Program-made: the position numbers and the translations under genes
Shown here: piece by piece, positions 31,671-42,351 of the stretch
Layout: each line of letters starts with the position of its first letter
Numbering within the stretch: the first letter of the stretch is position 1
The notes under the pieces: model-generated
What the model saw: the letters and a program-made list of their open reading frames with translations, nothing else
What the model was told of the DNA's origin: nothing
The model's database searches: none
Assembly (NCBI GenBank): GCA_041937175.2
Contig: CP166615.1
Span: 3,520,001 to 3,584,000 of the forward strand
Reading direction: 5' to 3'
Length of the DNA: 64,000 nt
DNA from: Limnothrix sp. BL-A-16
GTDB taxonomy: Bacteria > Cyanobacteriota > Cyanobacteriia > CACIAM-69d

Positions 31671-34009
31671 TTTCAAGCCAAAACCCAGACCAAAAGTCCA
31701 GAACAATCATCATTGGCCCCTTGCCCAAATCTCCCAAAGTGGTTGCTCCTGCCCGCAGCCTGGCTCGGCAGCTCCTCAGCAAGCTGGGAATTTCCCTGAT
31801 GGCCATTGGGGTGACCATTTTGGGCGTGAACTATCATCTCATTTCGGCCCAACTGCAAAACCAAATAGGCAAGCGGGCCTTTGCTATTACCCAAGGGTTG
31901 CAGTTTGCTACGGAAGGACTGCTGGAAATTAGCCAAGAGAGCATTTTGCGGCGAGTGGTGCAAAATTATGCCACCCTGCCAACGGTGCTGGAAATTGCTA
32001 TTTTGCGACCCGATGGCACGGTTTTAACCCATAGTTCCGGCTTCCTAGAAAACCAATCCTATGCTGCGAAATACCCTGCCCTGGCGGAACCAATTCAAGG
32101 TGCGTCTGCCTCGGGGGTCGAAGCCAGTTACCCTCTGCAATTGCAGGGGCGATCGGTGTTGGTGAGCCTGATGCCTTTTAGCAGCACGCTCTTTCAGGTG
32201 CAAGGGAAGCGAGGTTTGGCCGTGGTGATGCTTGATCAAGAGCAAACGGCCTTGGAAATTCGCCAGAGTTTTCTGACTTCCATGGTGACTTGGGGGGCTG
32301 GCATCATTGGCATTTTGGGTTTGGGAACTCTGCTGTTGCAGCGCTTGGTGTTGCGGCCTTTGAATCAGCTTCAGCGGGCGATCGGGGTTAGCCAGGGGGG
32401 CATGACTTTCACCTTGCCTCCGCAAATGCCTGACCACGAGATTGGCTTTTTGGCAAAGACATTTGAGCAGATTTTTACCCAAAATATTGCTTTGCTAAAT
32501 CAAGCCCAACAGCAAACGGTGGATTTAGCCAAAGCCAAAGAAGCGGCGGATGTGGCAAACACGGCCAAGAGTGAATTTTTGGCCAATATGAGCCACGAAT
32601 TGCGAACACCGCTGAACGGCGTTTTAGGCTATGCCCAAATTCTCCTGCGATCGCGCACCATGACCGAAAAGGAGAAGCATGGGTTAACAGTGATTTACCA
32701 ATGTGGCTCTCATTTGCTGAATTTGATTAATGACATTTTAGATCTGTCCAAAATCGAAGCTCGCAAGCTAGAAATTCTGCCGGCTCCGGTGAATTTTCCG
32801 GCCTTTTTGCAAAGCGTGATCGAAATTTGCAAAATCCGTGCTGAACAAAAGGAACTCAATTTTATCTATGAAGCCGATCGCCCTTTACCGGAAGGGTTGT
32901 TGCTGGATGAAAAACGCCTGCGTCAGGTACTGATTAATTTGTTGGGAAATGCGATTAAGTTCACCGATGCGGGGTCGGTGACGTTGAAGGTGCAATGGGT
33001 CGATCGCCCCTCGGAATCCACTGCGCCACCCCACAACTCCCAACAGCTTTGCTTGCGGTTTGTGGTGCAAGACACGGGCATTGGCATGAGTGTTGATCAG
33101 TTGGGGCGCTTGTTCACCGCGTTTGAGCAGGTGGGCGATCGCCGCAGAAACGCGGAAGGAACTGGTTTGGGCTTGGCCATCAGCCAGCAAATGGTGCAGT
33201 TGATGGGAGGCAATATTCAGGTACAAAGCACCTTGGGGGTGGGGAGTATTTTTTCGTTCCAGTTATCATTCCCGGCAACCGATCGCTGGCAAGTGCCGTT
33301 GCTGGAGTCCCGCAATCAGTTGGTGGTGGGCTATGAGGGGGCGAAACTGAACCTGTTGATTGTGGACGATCGCCCCGAGAATCGATCGGTTCTGGTGGCA
33401 TTTCTAGAGCCATTGGGATTTGGTGTGACCGAAGCGGAAAATGGAAAAGTGGCTTTGAATGATTTGCGATCGCGGCTTCCCAATCAGCTTCCGGACTTGG
33501 TGATCACAGATTTAGCTATGCCTGTGATGGATGGCTTTGAAATGCTGAAACAAGTTCGTCAGGATCCGCTGCTCTGTCACCTAAAGATCTTGGTTTCTTC
33601 GGCTTCCGTGACGCAACTCGATCGCCAAACCAGCATTGAAGCGGGCGGTGATGATTTTTTGGTCAAGCCCGTGTTAATGGCCAATTTGTTGGAAAGTTTG
33701 CAGCGCCATTTGGGCGTGGTTTGGCGCTATGAATCGGAGGATGTTGCTGCGGGTTCTCAGCCCGAGGTAGCCCATTTAACAAATGAATTTGCCGAACAAA
33801 AAGCAATTCATTTACCCGATCGCACAACCCTAGAAAACCTGCTAGATCTGGCCCAGCGGGGACGCTTAAAACAGCTCTTAGCTGCCATTGACCTTCTGCA
33901 AACGCAAGATCCGCAAATGCAATCCTTTTTGAGTGAACTGCGATCTTTGGCGAAAACCTTCCAAGCGGAACGGATTGAAACTATTTTGCAGGCGGCACTG
34001 GACAGTTAA
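31658..34009 (+). CDS. membrane hybrid sensor histidine kinase (HAMP-HisKA-HATPase-REC)
   Basis: Two TMs, [29 protein letters not shown], receiver DLAMPVMDG. Confidence 0.93.
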   Translation: METLISSQNPDQKSRTIIIGPLPKSPKVVAPARSLARQLLSKLGISLMAIGVTILGVNYHLISAQLQNQIGKRAFAITQGLQFATEGLLEISQESILRRVVQNYATLPTVLEIAILRPDGTVLTHSSGFLENQSYAAKYPALAEPIQGASASGVEASYPLQLQGRSVLVSLMPFSSTLFQVQGKRGLAVVMLDQEQTALEIRQSFLTSMVTWGAGIIGILGLGTLLLQRLVLRPLNQLQRAIGVSQGGMTFTLPPQMPDHEIGFLAKTFEQIFTQNIALLNQAQQQTVDLAKAKEAADVANTAKSEFLANMSHELRTPLNGVLGYAQILLRSRTMTEKEKHGLTVIYQCGSHLLNLINDILDLSKIEARKLEILPAPVNFPAFLQSVIEICKIRAEQKELNFIYEADRPLPEGLLLDEKRLRQVLINLLGNAIKFTDAGSVTLKVQWVDRPSESTAPPHNSQQLCLRFVVQDTGIGMSVDQLGRLFTAFEQVGDRRRNAEGTGLGLAISQQMVQLMGGNIQVQSTLGVGSIFSFQLSFPATDRWQVPLLESRNQLVVGYEGAKLNLLIVDDRPENRSVLVAFLEPLGFGVTEAENGKVALNDLRSRLPNQLPDLVITDLAMPVMDGFEMLKQVRQDPLLCHLKILVSSASVTQLDRQTSIEAGGDDFLVKPVLMANLLESLQRHLGVVWRYESEDVAAGSQPEVAHLTNEFAEQKAIHLPDRTTLENLLDLAQRGRLKQLLAAIDLLQTQDPQMQSFLSELRSLAKTFQAERIETILQAALDS

Positions 34010-34098
34010 GAGCAATCGTTGTCTAGCGAAGATCATACTGAGCTGACCATTGCTGGGTCAGCAATTACCAGTCAGCCATCAACCTTTGGAGAGTTCTC

Positions 34099-35466
34099 AT
34101 GACCAATATGCTATCGGGTTTGATTTTGATTGTGGATGATACGCCCACCAATCTAGATGTGGTTTGTGAAGCGTTGAGCGATGCGGGATTTGAGGTGGCC
34201 ATTGCCACTAGCGGTGAACGGGCGCTGCAACAGGTGCAGCGGGAACTGCCGGATTTGATTCTTTTGGATGTGATGATGCCGGGAATCGACGGGTTTGAAA
34301 CTTGCCAGCGTTTGAAGGCCGATCCCTTGACTCGATCGGTTCCGATTATTTTTATGACCGCGCTTTCGGATACGGATAGCAAAATTAGGGCCTTAGATTT
34401 AGGAGCCGCCGATTACATCACGAAGCCCTTCCAAGAACAAGAAGTGCTCGCAAGGGTTAAAACCCATCTGCAAATTCGATCGCTGACCAAAGAATTAGAA
34501 CAGGATCTGGATCAAAAAAATGCGGCTCTGCAAGCTTCCCAGTTGCACCTGATTCAAAGCGAAAAAATGTCTGCGCTGGGAAACCTGGTGGCCGGAATTG
34601 CCCATGAGATTAATAACCCGATCGGGTTTTTACGCGGCAGCATTGAGCATATTCAAGACTATTTGGAAGATTTGATGGAGCATTTGGACTGTTATCAACA
34701 AACCTACTCGGAGGCGAGCGATAGGATCTTGAATCATGCGGAAGATATTGAGCTGGACTTGATTCGCGAGGACTTACCAAAAATTCTGGATTCTATGAAA
34801 TCCGCTAGTCATCGAATTGCGGAAATTAGCACCAGTTTGCGAACCTTTTCGCGATCGGACAGTAATAACGAAGATGCGCAGGTGATGGCGGATATCCACG
34901 AGGGTTTGGATAGTACGCTGTTGATTTTGAAATATCGCCTGAAAGCGAGCGATCACCGCCCAGAAATTTTGGTTCAAAAACTGTATGGGAACTTGCCGGA
35001 AGTGCCTTGCTTTCCGGGACAGCTCAACCAGGTTTTTATGAATTTGTTGGCCAACGCGATCGATGCCTTCGATGAAGCCACCCATCAACAATCCTTTGTG
35101 GAATTGGCAACTCGGCAGCCCGCCATCACGATCGAAACCCTCCTAGCACCCGATCAACAATCGGTGGAAATTTGGATTCGTGATAATGCCTTCGGGATGA
35201 GCGAGGCGGTGCGGCAGCGAGTTTTTGACTGGGCCTTCACCACCAAAGGGGTGGGGCGTGGCACGGGGCTGGGCTTGGCGATCGCCCGTCAAATTGTGGT
35301 CGATCGACATCAGGGCGAGCTGACGGTGGACTCAACTTTGGGGGAAGGCAGTCGTTTTTGTTTGCGGTTGCCGCTGTCCTCAACGCTCTCTGACTTGACT
35401 CGGGAAAGTGGCGCGATGATGGGGATATTGTCGCCCAGCCCGTTGGTAGAGTCCCATTGTTCTTGA
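34099..35466 (+). CDS. response regulator-histidine kinase hybrid (REC-HisKA-HATPase)
   Basis: ILIVDD, LLDVMMPGIDG, HEINNP, GRGTGLGL. Confidence 0.93.
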   Translation: MTNMLSGLILIVDDTPTNLDVVCEALSDAGFEVAIATSGERALQQVQRELPDLILLDVMMPGIDGFETCQRLKADPLTRSVPIIFMTALSDTDSKIRALDLGAADYITKPFQEQEVLARVKTHLQIRSLTKELEQDLDQKNAALQASQLHLIQSEKMSALGNLVAGIAHEINNPIGFLRGSIEHIQDYLEDLMEHLDCYQQTYSEASDRILNHAEDIELDLIREDLPKILDSMKSASHRIAEISTSLRTFSRSDSNNEDAQVMADIHEGLDSTLLILKYRLKASDHRPEILVQKLYGNLPEVPCFPGQLNQVFMNLLANAIDAFDEATHQQSFVELATRQPAITIETLLAPDQQSVEIWIRDNAFGMSEAVRQRVFDWAFTTKGVGRGTGLGLAIARQIVVDRHQGELTVDSTLGEGSRFCLRLPLSSTLSDLTRESGAMMGILSPSPLVESHCS

Positions 35467-35548
35467 GGGCCACCGTTCTTGCTCAATTAGCCGAAAATCG
35501 TCCCTGTGGATCTGGCTCAGATTGTTCAACGGGAATTGCCCAACCTTC

Positions 35549-36640
35549 CTAGATCTCCAGAGATTCCAGCACCCAGGGAGATTGCTTCGGGGGTTCCACC
35601 TGCGGATAGAGCGTTAGCACTTGCTCCAAGCCCAGACGCGATTGAGCAGCGGTGCTGAGGGGTGATTGTCGCTCCCGATCGAAATGTTCACCGGCCGCAC
35701 AGGCAATCATGGCCGCATTGTCTGTGCAAAACTTCATGGGCGGGAACAAAACCCGTAGCCCCAAGGGTTCCGCCGCTGCCGCCAGGGTTGCCCGCAAGCC
35801 CCGATTGGCCGCCACCCCACCCCCGATCGCGATCGTTGAAAACCCCAAATCCTGGGCCGCTGCGATCGCCCGCTTGGTGAGGGCATTCACCACCGCCGTT
35901 TGAAAGCTGGCGGCCAAATCCGCCAAAGGCAATTCAGGGGATTCCGCTTGCAGCTTTTGCACCAATCGCAACATGGCCGTTTTCAGGCCGCTGAAGCTGC
36001 AATCGTAGGGATGAAAGCCCCCGTCCGGCAACGAAACGCGCCCTTCCGGCAACTTGAAAGCCTTGGGATTGCCCTCGGCCGCCAGGCGATCGATCACGGG
36101 CCCGCCCGGATAGCCCAAGCCCATCAGCCGCGCCACCTTGTCAAAGGCCTCTCCCGCCGCATCATCCCGGGTTTGGCCCACCGTTTCATAGACACCCGAG
36201 TCGCGCACCGCAATCAAGCTGGTGTGGCCCCCAGAGACCAACAGGCACAGGAACGGCGGCTGCAACGTTGGCTCCATTAAATAGGAGGCGCAGATGTGAC
36301 CTTCCAGGTGATGTACCGCCAAAAAGGGTTTTTGGTGCAGCATGGCCAGAGTTTTGCCCGCCGTCAACCCCACCAACAGGGCCCCAACCAAACCGGGCGC
36401 ACTGGTGGCGGCCACCGCATCGATCGCCCTCCAGTCGAGACCCGATTCCTGGAGCGCTTGGGCGATTGTCCAATTAATCGTTTCCACATGGCCCCGGGAA
36501 GCCACCTCCGGCACAATGCCACCGTAGGGCTGGTGGAGGGCAATTTGCGACGAGACCACATTGGCTAGCACTTGACGATTCTTTACGATCGCCACCGCCG
36601 TCTCATCACAACTTGTTTCAATTGCTAAAGCAGTCGCCAT
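35549..36640 (-). CDS. tsaD: tRNA t6A threonylcarbamoyltransferase
   Basis: [36 protein letters not shown]. Confidence 0.97.
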   Translation of the reverse strand: MATALAIETSCDETAVAIVKNRQVLANVVSSQIALHQPYGGIVPEVASRGHVETINWTIAQALQESGLDWRAIDAVAATSAPGLVGALLVGLTAGKTLAMLHQKPFLAVHHLEGHICASYLMEPTLQPPFLCLLVSGGHTSLIAVRDSGVYETVGQTRDDAAGEAFDKVARLMGLGYPGGPVIDRLAAEGNPKAFKLPEGRVSLPDGGFHPYDCSFSGLKTAMLRLVQKLQAESPELPLADLAASFQTAVVNALTKRAIAAAQDLGFSTIAIGGGVAANRGLRATLAAAAEPLGLRVLFPPMKFCTDNAAMIACAAGEHFDRERQSPLSTAAQSRLGLEQVLTLYPQVEPPKQSPWVLESLEI

Positions 36641-36864
36641 CGTTGGGAATTTGGCTGATATGGTGAGGGGCAGTATTGGCCATTTGTTGAAGTCTAACTG
36701 GTTTCGGCCGAAGACTTCAAACGCGCCCTCTGCCTAGCCTTGCGCGGTCTGGTGTTCCTCCTTAAAGGGATCCAAACCCACGGGGCGATCGGGCAAAGTT
36801 CTCGCGACAAATTGCCGTGATTTGTAACAGAAACGTATTGTTTCATAAAGAAAGGAAACAATCT

Positions 36865-37347
36865 ATGCGTCAGTTGTTTGCAATTGCGCTAGCGGTTTGC
36901 CTCTGGTTTGGGTTTGCTGCCCCGGCTAAGGCAGATTACTACGCTAACCTGACCCCCTGCGGCCAGAACGCTGCCTTCGTGAAGCGCGCCAAAGCAGCCA
37001 CCACGCCCGAGGCGAAAGCTCGTTTTGAAAAGTATTCCACCCTGCTGTGCGGTGAAGAGGGTCTGCCTCACTTGATCACCGATGGCAACCTGTCTCACCT
37101 GGCAGAATTCACGATTCCGAGCTTGGCTTTCCTGTACATCGCTGGCTGGATTGGCTGGGCTGGTCGTTCGTACCTGCAAGCCGTCAAGAAGGGTGACAGC
37201 CCCGAAGAAAGCGAAATCATCATCAACGTGCCTTTGGCTGTGAAGTGCTCCTTGGGTGGTGCGGCTTGGCCCGCAGCGGCCTTGGCTGAATTCGGCAGCG
37301 GCAAGTTGTTGGCCAAAGAAAGCGAAATCACGGTTTCGCCTCGCTAA
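36865..37347 (+). CDS. psaF: photosystem I subunit III
   Basis: [35 protein letters not shown]. Confidence 0.97.
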   Translation: MRQLFAIALAVCLWFGFAAPAKADYYANLTPCGQNAAFVKRAKAATTPEAKARFEKYSTLLCGEEGLPHLITDGNLSHLAEFTIPSLAFLYIAGWIGWAGRSYLQAVKKGDSPEESEIIINVPLAVKCSLGGAAWPAAALAEFGSGKLLAKESEITVSPR

Positions 37348-37604
37348 ACCCGGTTGGTTTACCGGGGTGCGGTAAGGGCACAGGTTTTATGGTGACAAAT
37401 CGGATGACGACCCCGATCGGTCAGCCTCCGTTGCTGGCAAACAACTGATTCTGTGAGCGATCGCCTGGGGCTGGGAGGCACAACCAACCGGTCCGGTGAT
37501 CGCTTCCCTGTTATCAGAGATCGCCCCGTTTCCGTTCCCGCCTGGGCCATGGCCGATCAACCCCCACTCCCCTGTTTTTAGAGATCTGGATTCGGAGACC
37601 ATCC

Positions 37605-37730
37605 ATGAAAGACTTGCAGCGCTATTTGTCCTCGGCTCCCGTGTTGGCAGCCGCTTGGGTTACCTTCACCGCTGGCCTGTTGATTGAATTCAACCGGTTC
37701 CATCCGGATTACTTGGTGCCGCCCTTCTAA
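37605..37730 (+). CDS. psaJ: photosystem I subunit IX
   Basis: Read by hand: [41 protein letters not shown] (below the ORF track cutoff). Confidence 0.95.
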   Translation: MKDLQRYLSSAPVLAAAWVTFTAGLLIEFNRFHPDYLVPPF

Positions 37731-37866
37731 ACAAAGGGCGATCGCGGTTTGGGCGTTGGGTTGGGTCTGCCAAAGGGCAGCCAGAACACCGGCCCACGAT
37801 CCAAACAACCAGTTTTGAAAATGCTTTGTCCCGCTGATTGCACGCTTAACCTCTAGAGGGAAAACT

Positions 37867-38349
37867 ATGGCTTTGGACGTGGTTTCTCATAACGGCGATC
37901 CCCAGGTCGGCGATCTGGTGACTCCGATCTCCGGTTCTGGTTTTACGAAGGCTTTGATTCAAAATCTGCCGGCCTACCGCAAGGGTCTGTCGCCGATTCG
38001 TCGTGGTTTGGAAGTGGGCATGGCCCATGGTTATTTGCTGTTTGGGCCCTTTGCCTTCACGAGCCAATTCCGCAACACCAGCTACGGCACCTTGGTGGGC
38101 TTGATTGAAGCAATTATTTTGGTGACGATTCTGTCGCTGTGCCTGTCGGTCTATGGCAACGTGACGACCAAGGCTCCTTTGGCCTCCGTGGCCGTGTCCG
38201 AAGTGCCCGCTGAGTTGGGTACGAAGGAAGGCTGGAGCGAGTTCGCTGGCGGCTTCACGATCGGTGGCATCGGCGGCGCAGCCTTCGCTTACGCGGTCTA
38301 TTCCGTGGTGCAGTCGGGCGTGTTCCAAACCTTTGCGAACGGTCTGTAA
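37867..38349 (+). CDS. psaL: photosystem I subunit XI
   Basis: GDLVTPIS, NLPAYRKGLSPIRRGLEVGMAHGY, GWSEFAGGF. Confidence 0.96.
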   Translation: MALDVVSHNGDPQVGDLVTPISGSGFTKALIQNLPAYRKGLSPIRRGLEVGMAHGYLLFGPFAFTSQFRNTSYGTLVGLIEAIILVTILSLCLSVYGNVTTKAPLASVAVSEVPAELGTKEGWSEFAGGFTIGGIGGAAFAYAVYSVVQSGVFQTFANGL

Positions 38350-38387
38350 TTGATCCGGCCCTTGGTTTTCAACCTGAACTTTTAAGC

Positions 38388-38429
38388 CCAAAAAGGCGGT
38401 GGTCTCAATGGCCATCGCCTTTTGGTTTT
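38388..38429. terminator. probable bidirectional terminator after psaL
   Basis: AAAAGGCGGTGGTC-loop-GGCCATCGCCTTTT hairpin between convergent genes. Confidence 0.7.
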
Positions 38430-38504
38430 GGGTGGTTATTGAATTTTGGGCCGCTTTTCTGGGCGCTGATTTCTGAATTTTCTGGATCTGGGTTTTCTGG
38501 ATCT

Positions 38505-40136
38505 TTAGGAGTCGATCGCGGCGGGCAAATCCGCCAGCCAGCCGGCCGCCTGTTGCCCATTGCTGGGGCCGCTGGCCAACCCCCAAGACCCGGTTCCCGT
38601 GATCACAAACCCATTGGGGCCACAGGGAGCCACCGTTGATTGCCCATCCGCATGAACCGGCCGCGCCCCCACCCAGGGTTGCAGAGCCGCCAACGCCGCC
38701 CAATCTGGGAATTCAGACTCCAAAGTGGGACAACCATAGAGCACCCACAGCTCCGGAAAGAACTGTGCCGCCGCCCTCAGTTGCGATCGCAGGGCCCACC
38801 GTGCGCCGGGATGTTGCAAATTGAGGGGCCGATCGACCCCGGGATAGAACTTGCAGCCGCCGATCCGAATTTCCCAATCTCCGGCGGCGGCTCCCAGGGC
38901 TTCCGGCTGGAATCGATCGAGCCGACGCGGATCCAAAAGATCCAGGGGAATGAGCCGATCGCCCCAGGCCGCGGCCCAGGTGCGATCGAGCCAATCGGTG
39001 GCCTCCCCACTCATATCCAACGCCAGGCGATCGAGCGCCCGCTGCTGATCCAACCAATCGAGAAAAGCCGCCGCCGGAATCAGGGTGGGGCTGATCACCA
39101 ACGGCCCGGCGCTGCCGTCCTGTTTCCAGGCCCGGCGGGGAAAAGTCAGGCCCTGGGCGATCGCCAATCGGGGAATGGCAAAGGTAATCGATGTGCCCGC
39201 GATCGGGAAGAGCGGTTGGCTCACCGCGCCGCTTTGCTCCAGCAGCGGATCAAACCCCGTGGCAAAGATAAACCGATCGGTGGCGCGGCCGAGGGTGATC
39301 GCTTTGCCCCCTTGGTGGGCCCGCAATTGCTGGATTTGCCCGCTCGCATCCCGATCGATGCCGGTAATGTCCGTGTTTAGTTGCCACTGAATCCGCCCCA
39401 TTTGATTCAGCCGATCGGTCAATTCCGCCACCAGCCGTCCCGCATGGATCGCGCCCCCCGGTTGGCGGGTGATTTGGCCCGCAAAATCCGCCGCCCCCAA
39501 GAAAGGAGCCAAACCGGGATTCAGGGTCAAGGCCTCCGCCACGGACACCAGGGCCGCCAGGTCGCGATCGCCCGTGGCCCGATGCAGCCGCGCCACTTCT
39601 TGGCTCGCTTTGGCAGCGGCTTGGGAACCCTGATAAACCCGCAGTTTTGCCCCCAGTTGCAAGCCGGTGCGAGCCGCCAAAGCGGGATCCTGTTCCGCCA
39701 ACTCGCGCCAGAGGTGCAAATTGCGGAACCCCAATTGCAGCATCGCCCGCTCCCGATCGGCCGCTGTGGGTTCCTGGGCCCGGGCCCGCTCCAAAAATGC
39801 CCCGATCGCCGTTCGATCGGCCCCTTGGGCCACAAACCCCGGATAGGCATAGCCCCCTTGATCCACGGGTGTTTCAAAGGCTTGGGCCAATTGCGCAGGG
39901 GTGAGACCCCCGGCCACCAGCCCTTCGGTGGCCGTCAAGCTGCGCCCATTGCCGGCCGTCAAACCAGCCCCCGGCGTGGCAGCGCGATCAACCATCACCA
40001 GGGGCAGTTCTGTTTGGCCCGCTTGGCGAATGGCCCAAGCGGTCAACAAACCCGCCACGCCCGCACCGACGATGTAGACACGACGGGCGCGGGGCCCGGT
40101 GGTGCGATCGACAGGATTCAACAGAACAGAGGACAT
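38505..40136 (-). CDS. FAD-dependent oxidoreductase (DAO/DadA-like)
   Basis: IVGAGVAG, C-terminal WVGARP and TGTGSWGL. Confidence 0.8.
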   Translation of the reverse strand: MSSVLLNPVDRTTGPRARRVYIVGAGVAGLLTAWAIRQAGQTELPLVMVDRAATPGAGLTAGNGRSLTATEGLVAGGLTPAQLAQAFETPVDQGGYAYPGFVAQGADRTAIGAFLERARAQEPTAADRERAMLQLGFRNLHLWRELAEQDPALAARTGLQLGAKLRVYQGSQAAAKASQEVARLHRATGDRDLAALVSVAEALTLNPGLAPFLGAADFAGQITRQPGGAIHAGRLVAELTDRLNQMGRIQWQLNTDITGIDRDASGQIQQLRAHQGGKAITLGRATDRFIFATGFDPLLEQSGAVSQPLFPIAGTSITFAIPRLAIAQGLTFPRRAWKQDGSAGPLVISPTLIPAAAFLDWLDQQRALDRLALDMSGEATDWLDRTWAAAWGDRLIPLDLLDPRRLDRFQPEALGAAAGDWEIRIGGCKFYPGVDRPLNLQHPGARWALRSQLRAAAQFFPELWVLYGCPTLESEFPDWAALAALQPWVGARPVHADGQSTVAPCGPNGFVITGTGSWGLASGPSNGQQAAGWLADLPAAIDS

Positions 40137-40354
40137 GGCAACGGCTTGAGGTTTAGGGGATGGGAGCAGACAGGTCGATCGGGCGGGCGATCGAGTGTAA
40201 TAAATTTAGAATAACTATTCAACGATGAATCGATAAAAGCTTCAAGGGCTAAACAGCGGTCACCATGACCGTTGGCAACGGCCGCTGTAGCCCGAAACTC
40301 ATTTTAAAAACGATCGCCCCAACGATCGCCCATTCACGCCGCTGCCCGATCGGC

Positions 40355-41236
40355 CTAAGGTTCCGGTTCCGTCGCCGGAGCGATCGCCGCAAACAGCGCC
40401 GAATAGTCCGTGTTGCCCAACCCCAGGGCGATCGCCCGTTCCACCACTGCCCGCACCGCCTGCACCGGAGCCGTATCAATTCCTTGGGCCCCCGCCGCCT
40501 GGGCAAACAAGTCCAGATCCTTCAGCAGATGCTTCGTGGGGAAATTGGGGCGATCGAAGTCCCGATCGAGCATCCGTTGCAGCTTCTTATCAAAGGTCGG
40601 CGCGTAGAGGGCGCTGGGTCGCAAAATCTGCAAAAAGGTCTCCACGGCAATCCCTTCCCGCTGCACCAGAGCCAAACTGGCCGCAAAGGCCGTGGTGAGC
40701 GACCCAATCAACTGATTCATGGCCAACTTCAACGCCGCCGCCGACCCCACGGGCCCCACCAACAGCGGCTCGGGGCCAAAGGTTTGCAACCAAGCCCGAT
40801 CGCGCTCAAACTGGGCCGGCGTGGCCCCCACCATCAACAACAACTTGCCCGCGCTCAGTTCGGGAATGCTGCCCAGGACGGGCGCTTCGTAATAGTCACA
40901 GCCCCAAGCGGTTAACTCAGTGCCGATCGCCCGGCTTTCTTCCGGAGCGATCGTGCCCATTTGCACCACGGTTTTGTCCACCAGCAGCGACCCGATCGCC
41001 CCCTCCAGCAGCACCGATCGAATGGCGGCCCCATCCGCCAGCCACAACACCACCCGATCGGCCGGGGCGATCGCCGCCGCCAAATCCGTTGTGGTGTTCA
41101 GGCGATCAATCCCCTGCAACAGTTCCAGGGCCTCGGGCGATCGGTTCCAAGCCACCACGTCTTCGCCCGTGGCCGCCAGCCGCCCGGCCGCGGCCCGACC
41201 CATTAACCCCATGCCCAACACGGCTACTACAGTCAT
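40355..41236 (-). CDS. NAD(P)-dependent beta-hydroxyacid dehydrogenase family protein
   Basis: GMGLMG, WNRS, EAPVLGS, LKLAMN, KHLLKD. Confidence 0.9.
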   Translation of the reverse strand: MTVVAVLGMGLMGRAAAGRLAATGEDVVAWNRSPEALELLQGIDRLNTTTDLAAAIAPADRVVLWLADGAAIRSVLLEGAIGSLLVDKTVVQMGTIAPEESRAIGTELTAWGCDYYEAPVLGSIPELSAGKLLLMVGATPAQFERDRAWLQTFGPEPLLVGPVGSAAALKLAMNQLIGSLTTAFAASLALVQREGIAVETFLQILRPSALYAPTFDKKLQRMLDRDFDRPNFPTKHLLKDLDLFAQAAGAQGIDTAPVQAVRAVVERAIALGLGNTDYSALFAAIAPATEPEP

Positions 41237-41689
41237 TGCGCTTACTTTTGTTCTGAGCGATTAGTTTGCATGATCCTTAAGATCGCATCAAACTGCTCAG
41301 AAAATATGAATCCTTAAATGTCAATTATCAACTGAATCGATCATCCCGTAGGTTGAATGGAAGTAAGGCTAAATTGTTATGAAATGGTTGATTTTTCTCC
41401 CATACACCGAAAATTTTGACCACCCAACCGATCGGGGAAAGGGTTGGTTTGATCGATCGATGGCGGTGCATGGGAGATAAGGGAAAAGGGTTGTTGGCAA
41501 TCGAAAAACCCGTTACTTTTCGGGAGCGGTAGGGTTTGTGGGAGAACGCTTTCGGGGTAACGATTTGGCTTTTTGGTACTCCCACGCACCGTCGATCCCC
41601 TCTCGGGATCACGAGATCGTTTTTCTGCGTCCATGGCAGATGATTTCCCCGGTTAAATTGGAAGGGTTGATCGCCCTGCTCACAAATCT

Positions 41690-42058
41690 ATGCTGTTAAC
41701 CGCTGCCGAACTCGTGACCATGATCGTGGATGGCTTCATCGCCGCCGGAGCCGGAAAGCTGACCGAAGCGGCCCTGCCCAAGCTGCGAACCCTCTGGAGC
41801 AAAATTCGCGATCGCCTGGCCCGTCGCCCGGAGCTGCCTGCCCTGCCGGAAACGCCAACGGGGGTGATCGATCCGCAAGTGCTGCCGATCCTCGATGCGG
41901 AATTGGTGAATGATCCGCCCTTTGCTGAGGAAGTGCGGGCGATCGCTCAGGAATATCAACAACTGATCCAGCAACAAGCCCAAATGACCCAAAACAACTA
42001 CGGCAGCAACAACAAAAACTATCAAATCGGCTCAATCAACGAAGCAAACTTTTCCTAG
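41690..42058 (+). CDS. small helical (Bell-like) protein with C-terminal N/Q-rich putative amyloid motif
   Basis: AGAGKLTEAAL..LW.KIR, DPPFAEEV; C-terminal TQNNYGSNNKNYQIGSINEANF is shared with the downstream NLR. Confidence 0.75.
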   Translation: MLLTAAELVTMIVDGFIAAGAGKLTEAALPKLRTLWSKIRDRLARRPELPALPETPTGVIDPQVLPILDAELVNDPPFAEEVRAIAQEYQQLIQQQAQMTQNNYGSNNKNYQIGSINEANFS

Positions 42059-42070
42059 CTCATCATTCAA

Positions 42071-42154
42071 GTAGGTTGGGTTGAAGCATGAAACCCAACA
42101 CCGACAAAGTTCGCATTGATCGTGTTGGGTTTCGCACAGCTCAACCCAACCTAC
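42071..42154. repeat. GTAG-type REP doublet (REPIN-like hairpin)
   Basis: GTAGGTTGGGTTGA...GAAACCCAACAC-spacer-GTGTTGGGTTTC...TCAACCCAACCTAC inverted pair. Confidence 0.85.
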
Positions 42155-42168
42155 TGAGGAAAGTTTCT

Positions 42169-42348
42169 ATGCAGATTCGTTATGACCCTGAAGCTGATGT
42201 GTTGATTTTGATTTTGCGGGATTTGCCCCCAATTGATTCGATCGCAGAACCCGGCGGAATGATTGTTAGCTACGGGGAAGGTGGGGAACCTGTTGCGATC
42301 GAGTTGTTGAATGCATCTCGATTCATCAAGCCAGACGACTTCAACTAA
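42169..42348 (+). CDS. DUF2283 family protein (antitoxin-like)
   Basis: MQIRYDPEADVLIL...GEPVAIELLNAS; GAGGA RBS upstream. Confidence 0.85.
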   Translation: MQIRYDPEADVLILILRDLPPIDSIAEPGGMIVSYGEGGEPVAIELLNASRFIKPDDFN

Positions 42349-42351
42349 CCC

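Noticed and set aside
36821..36840. Possible RpaB HLR1 site upstream of psaF
   Set aside because: Only one good half-site, and the spacing does not fit the consensus.
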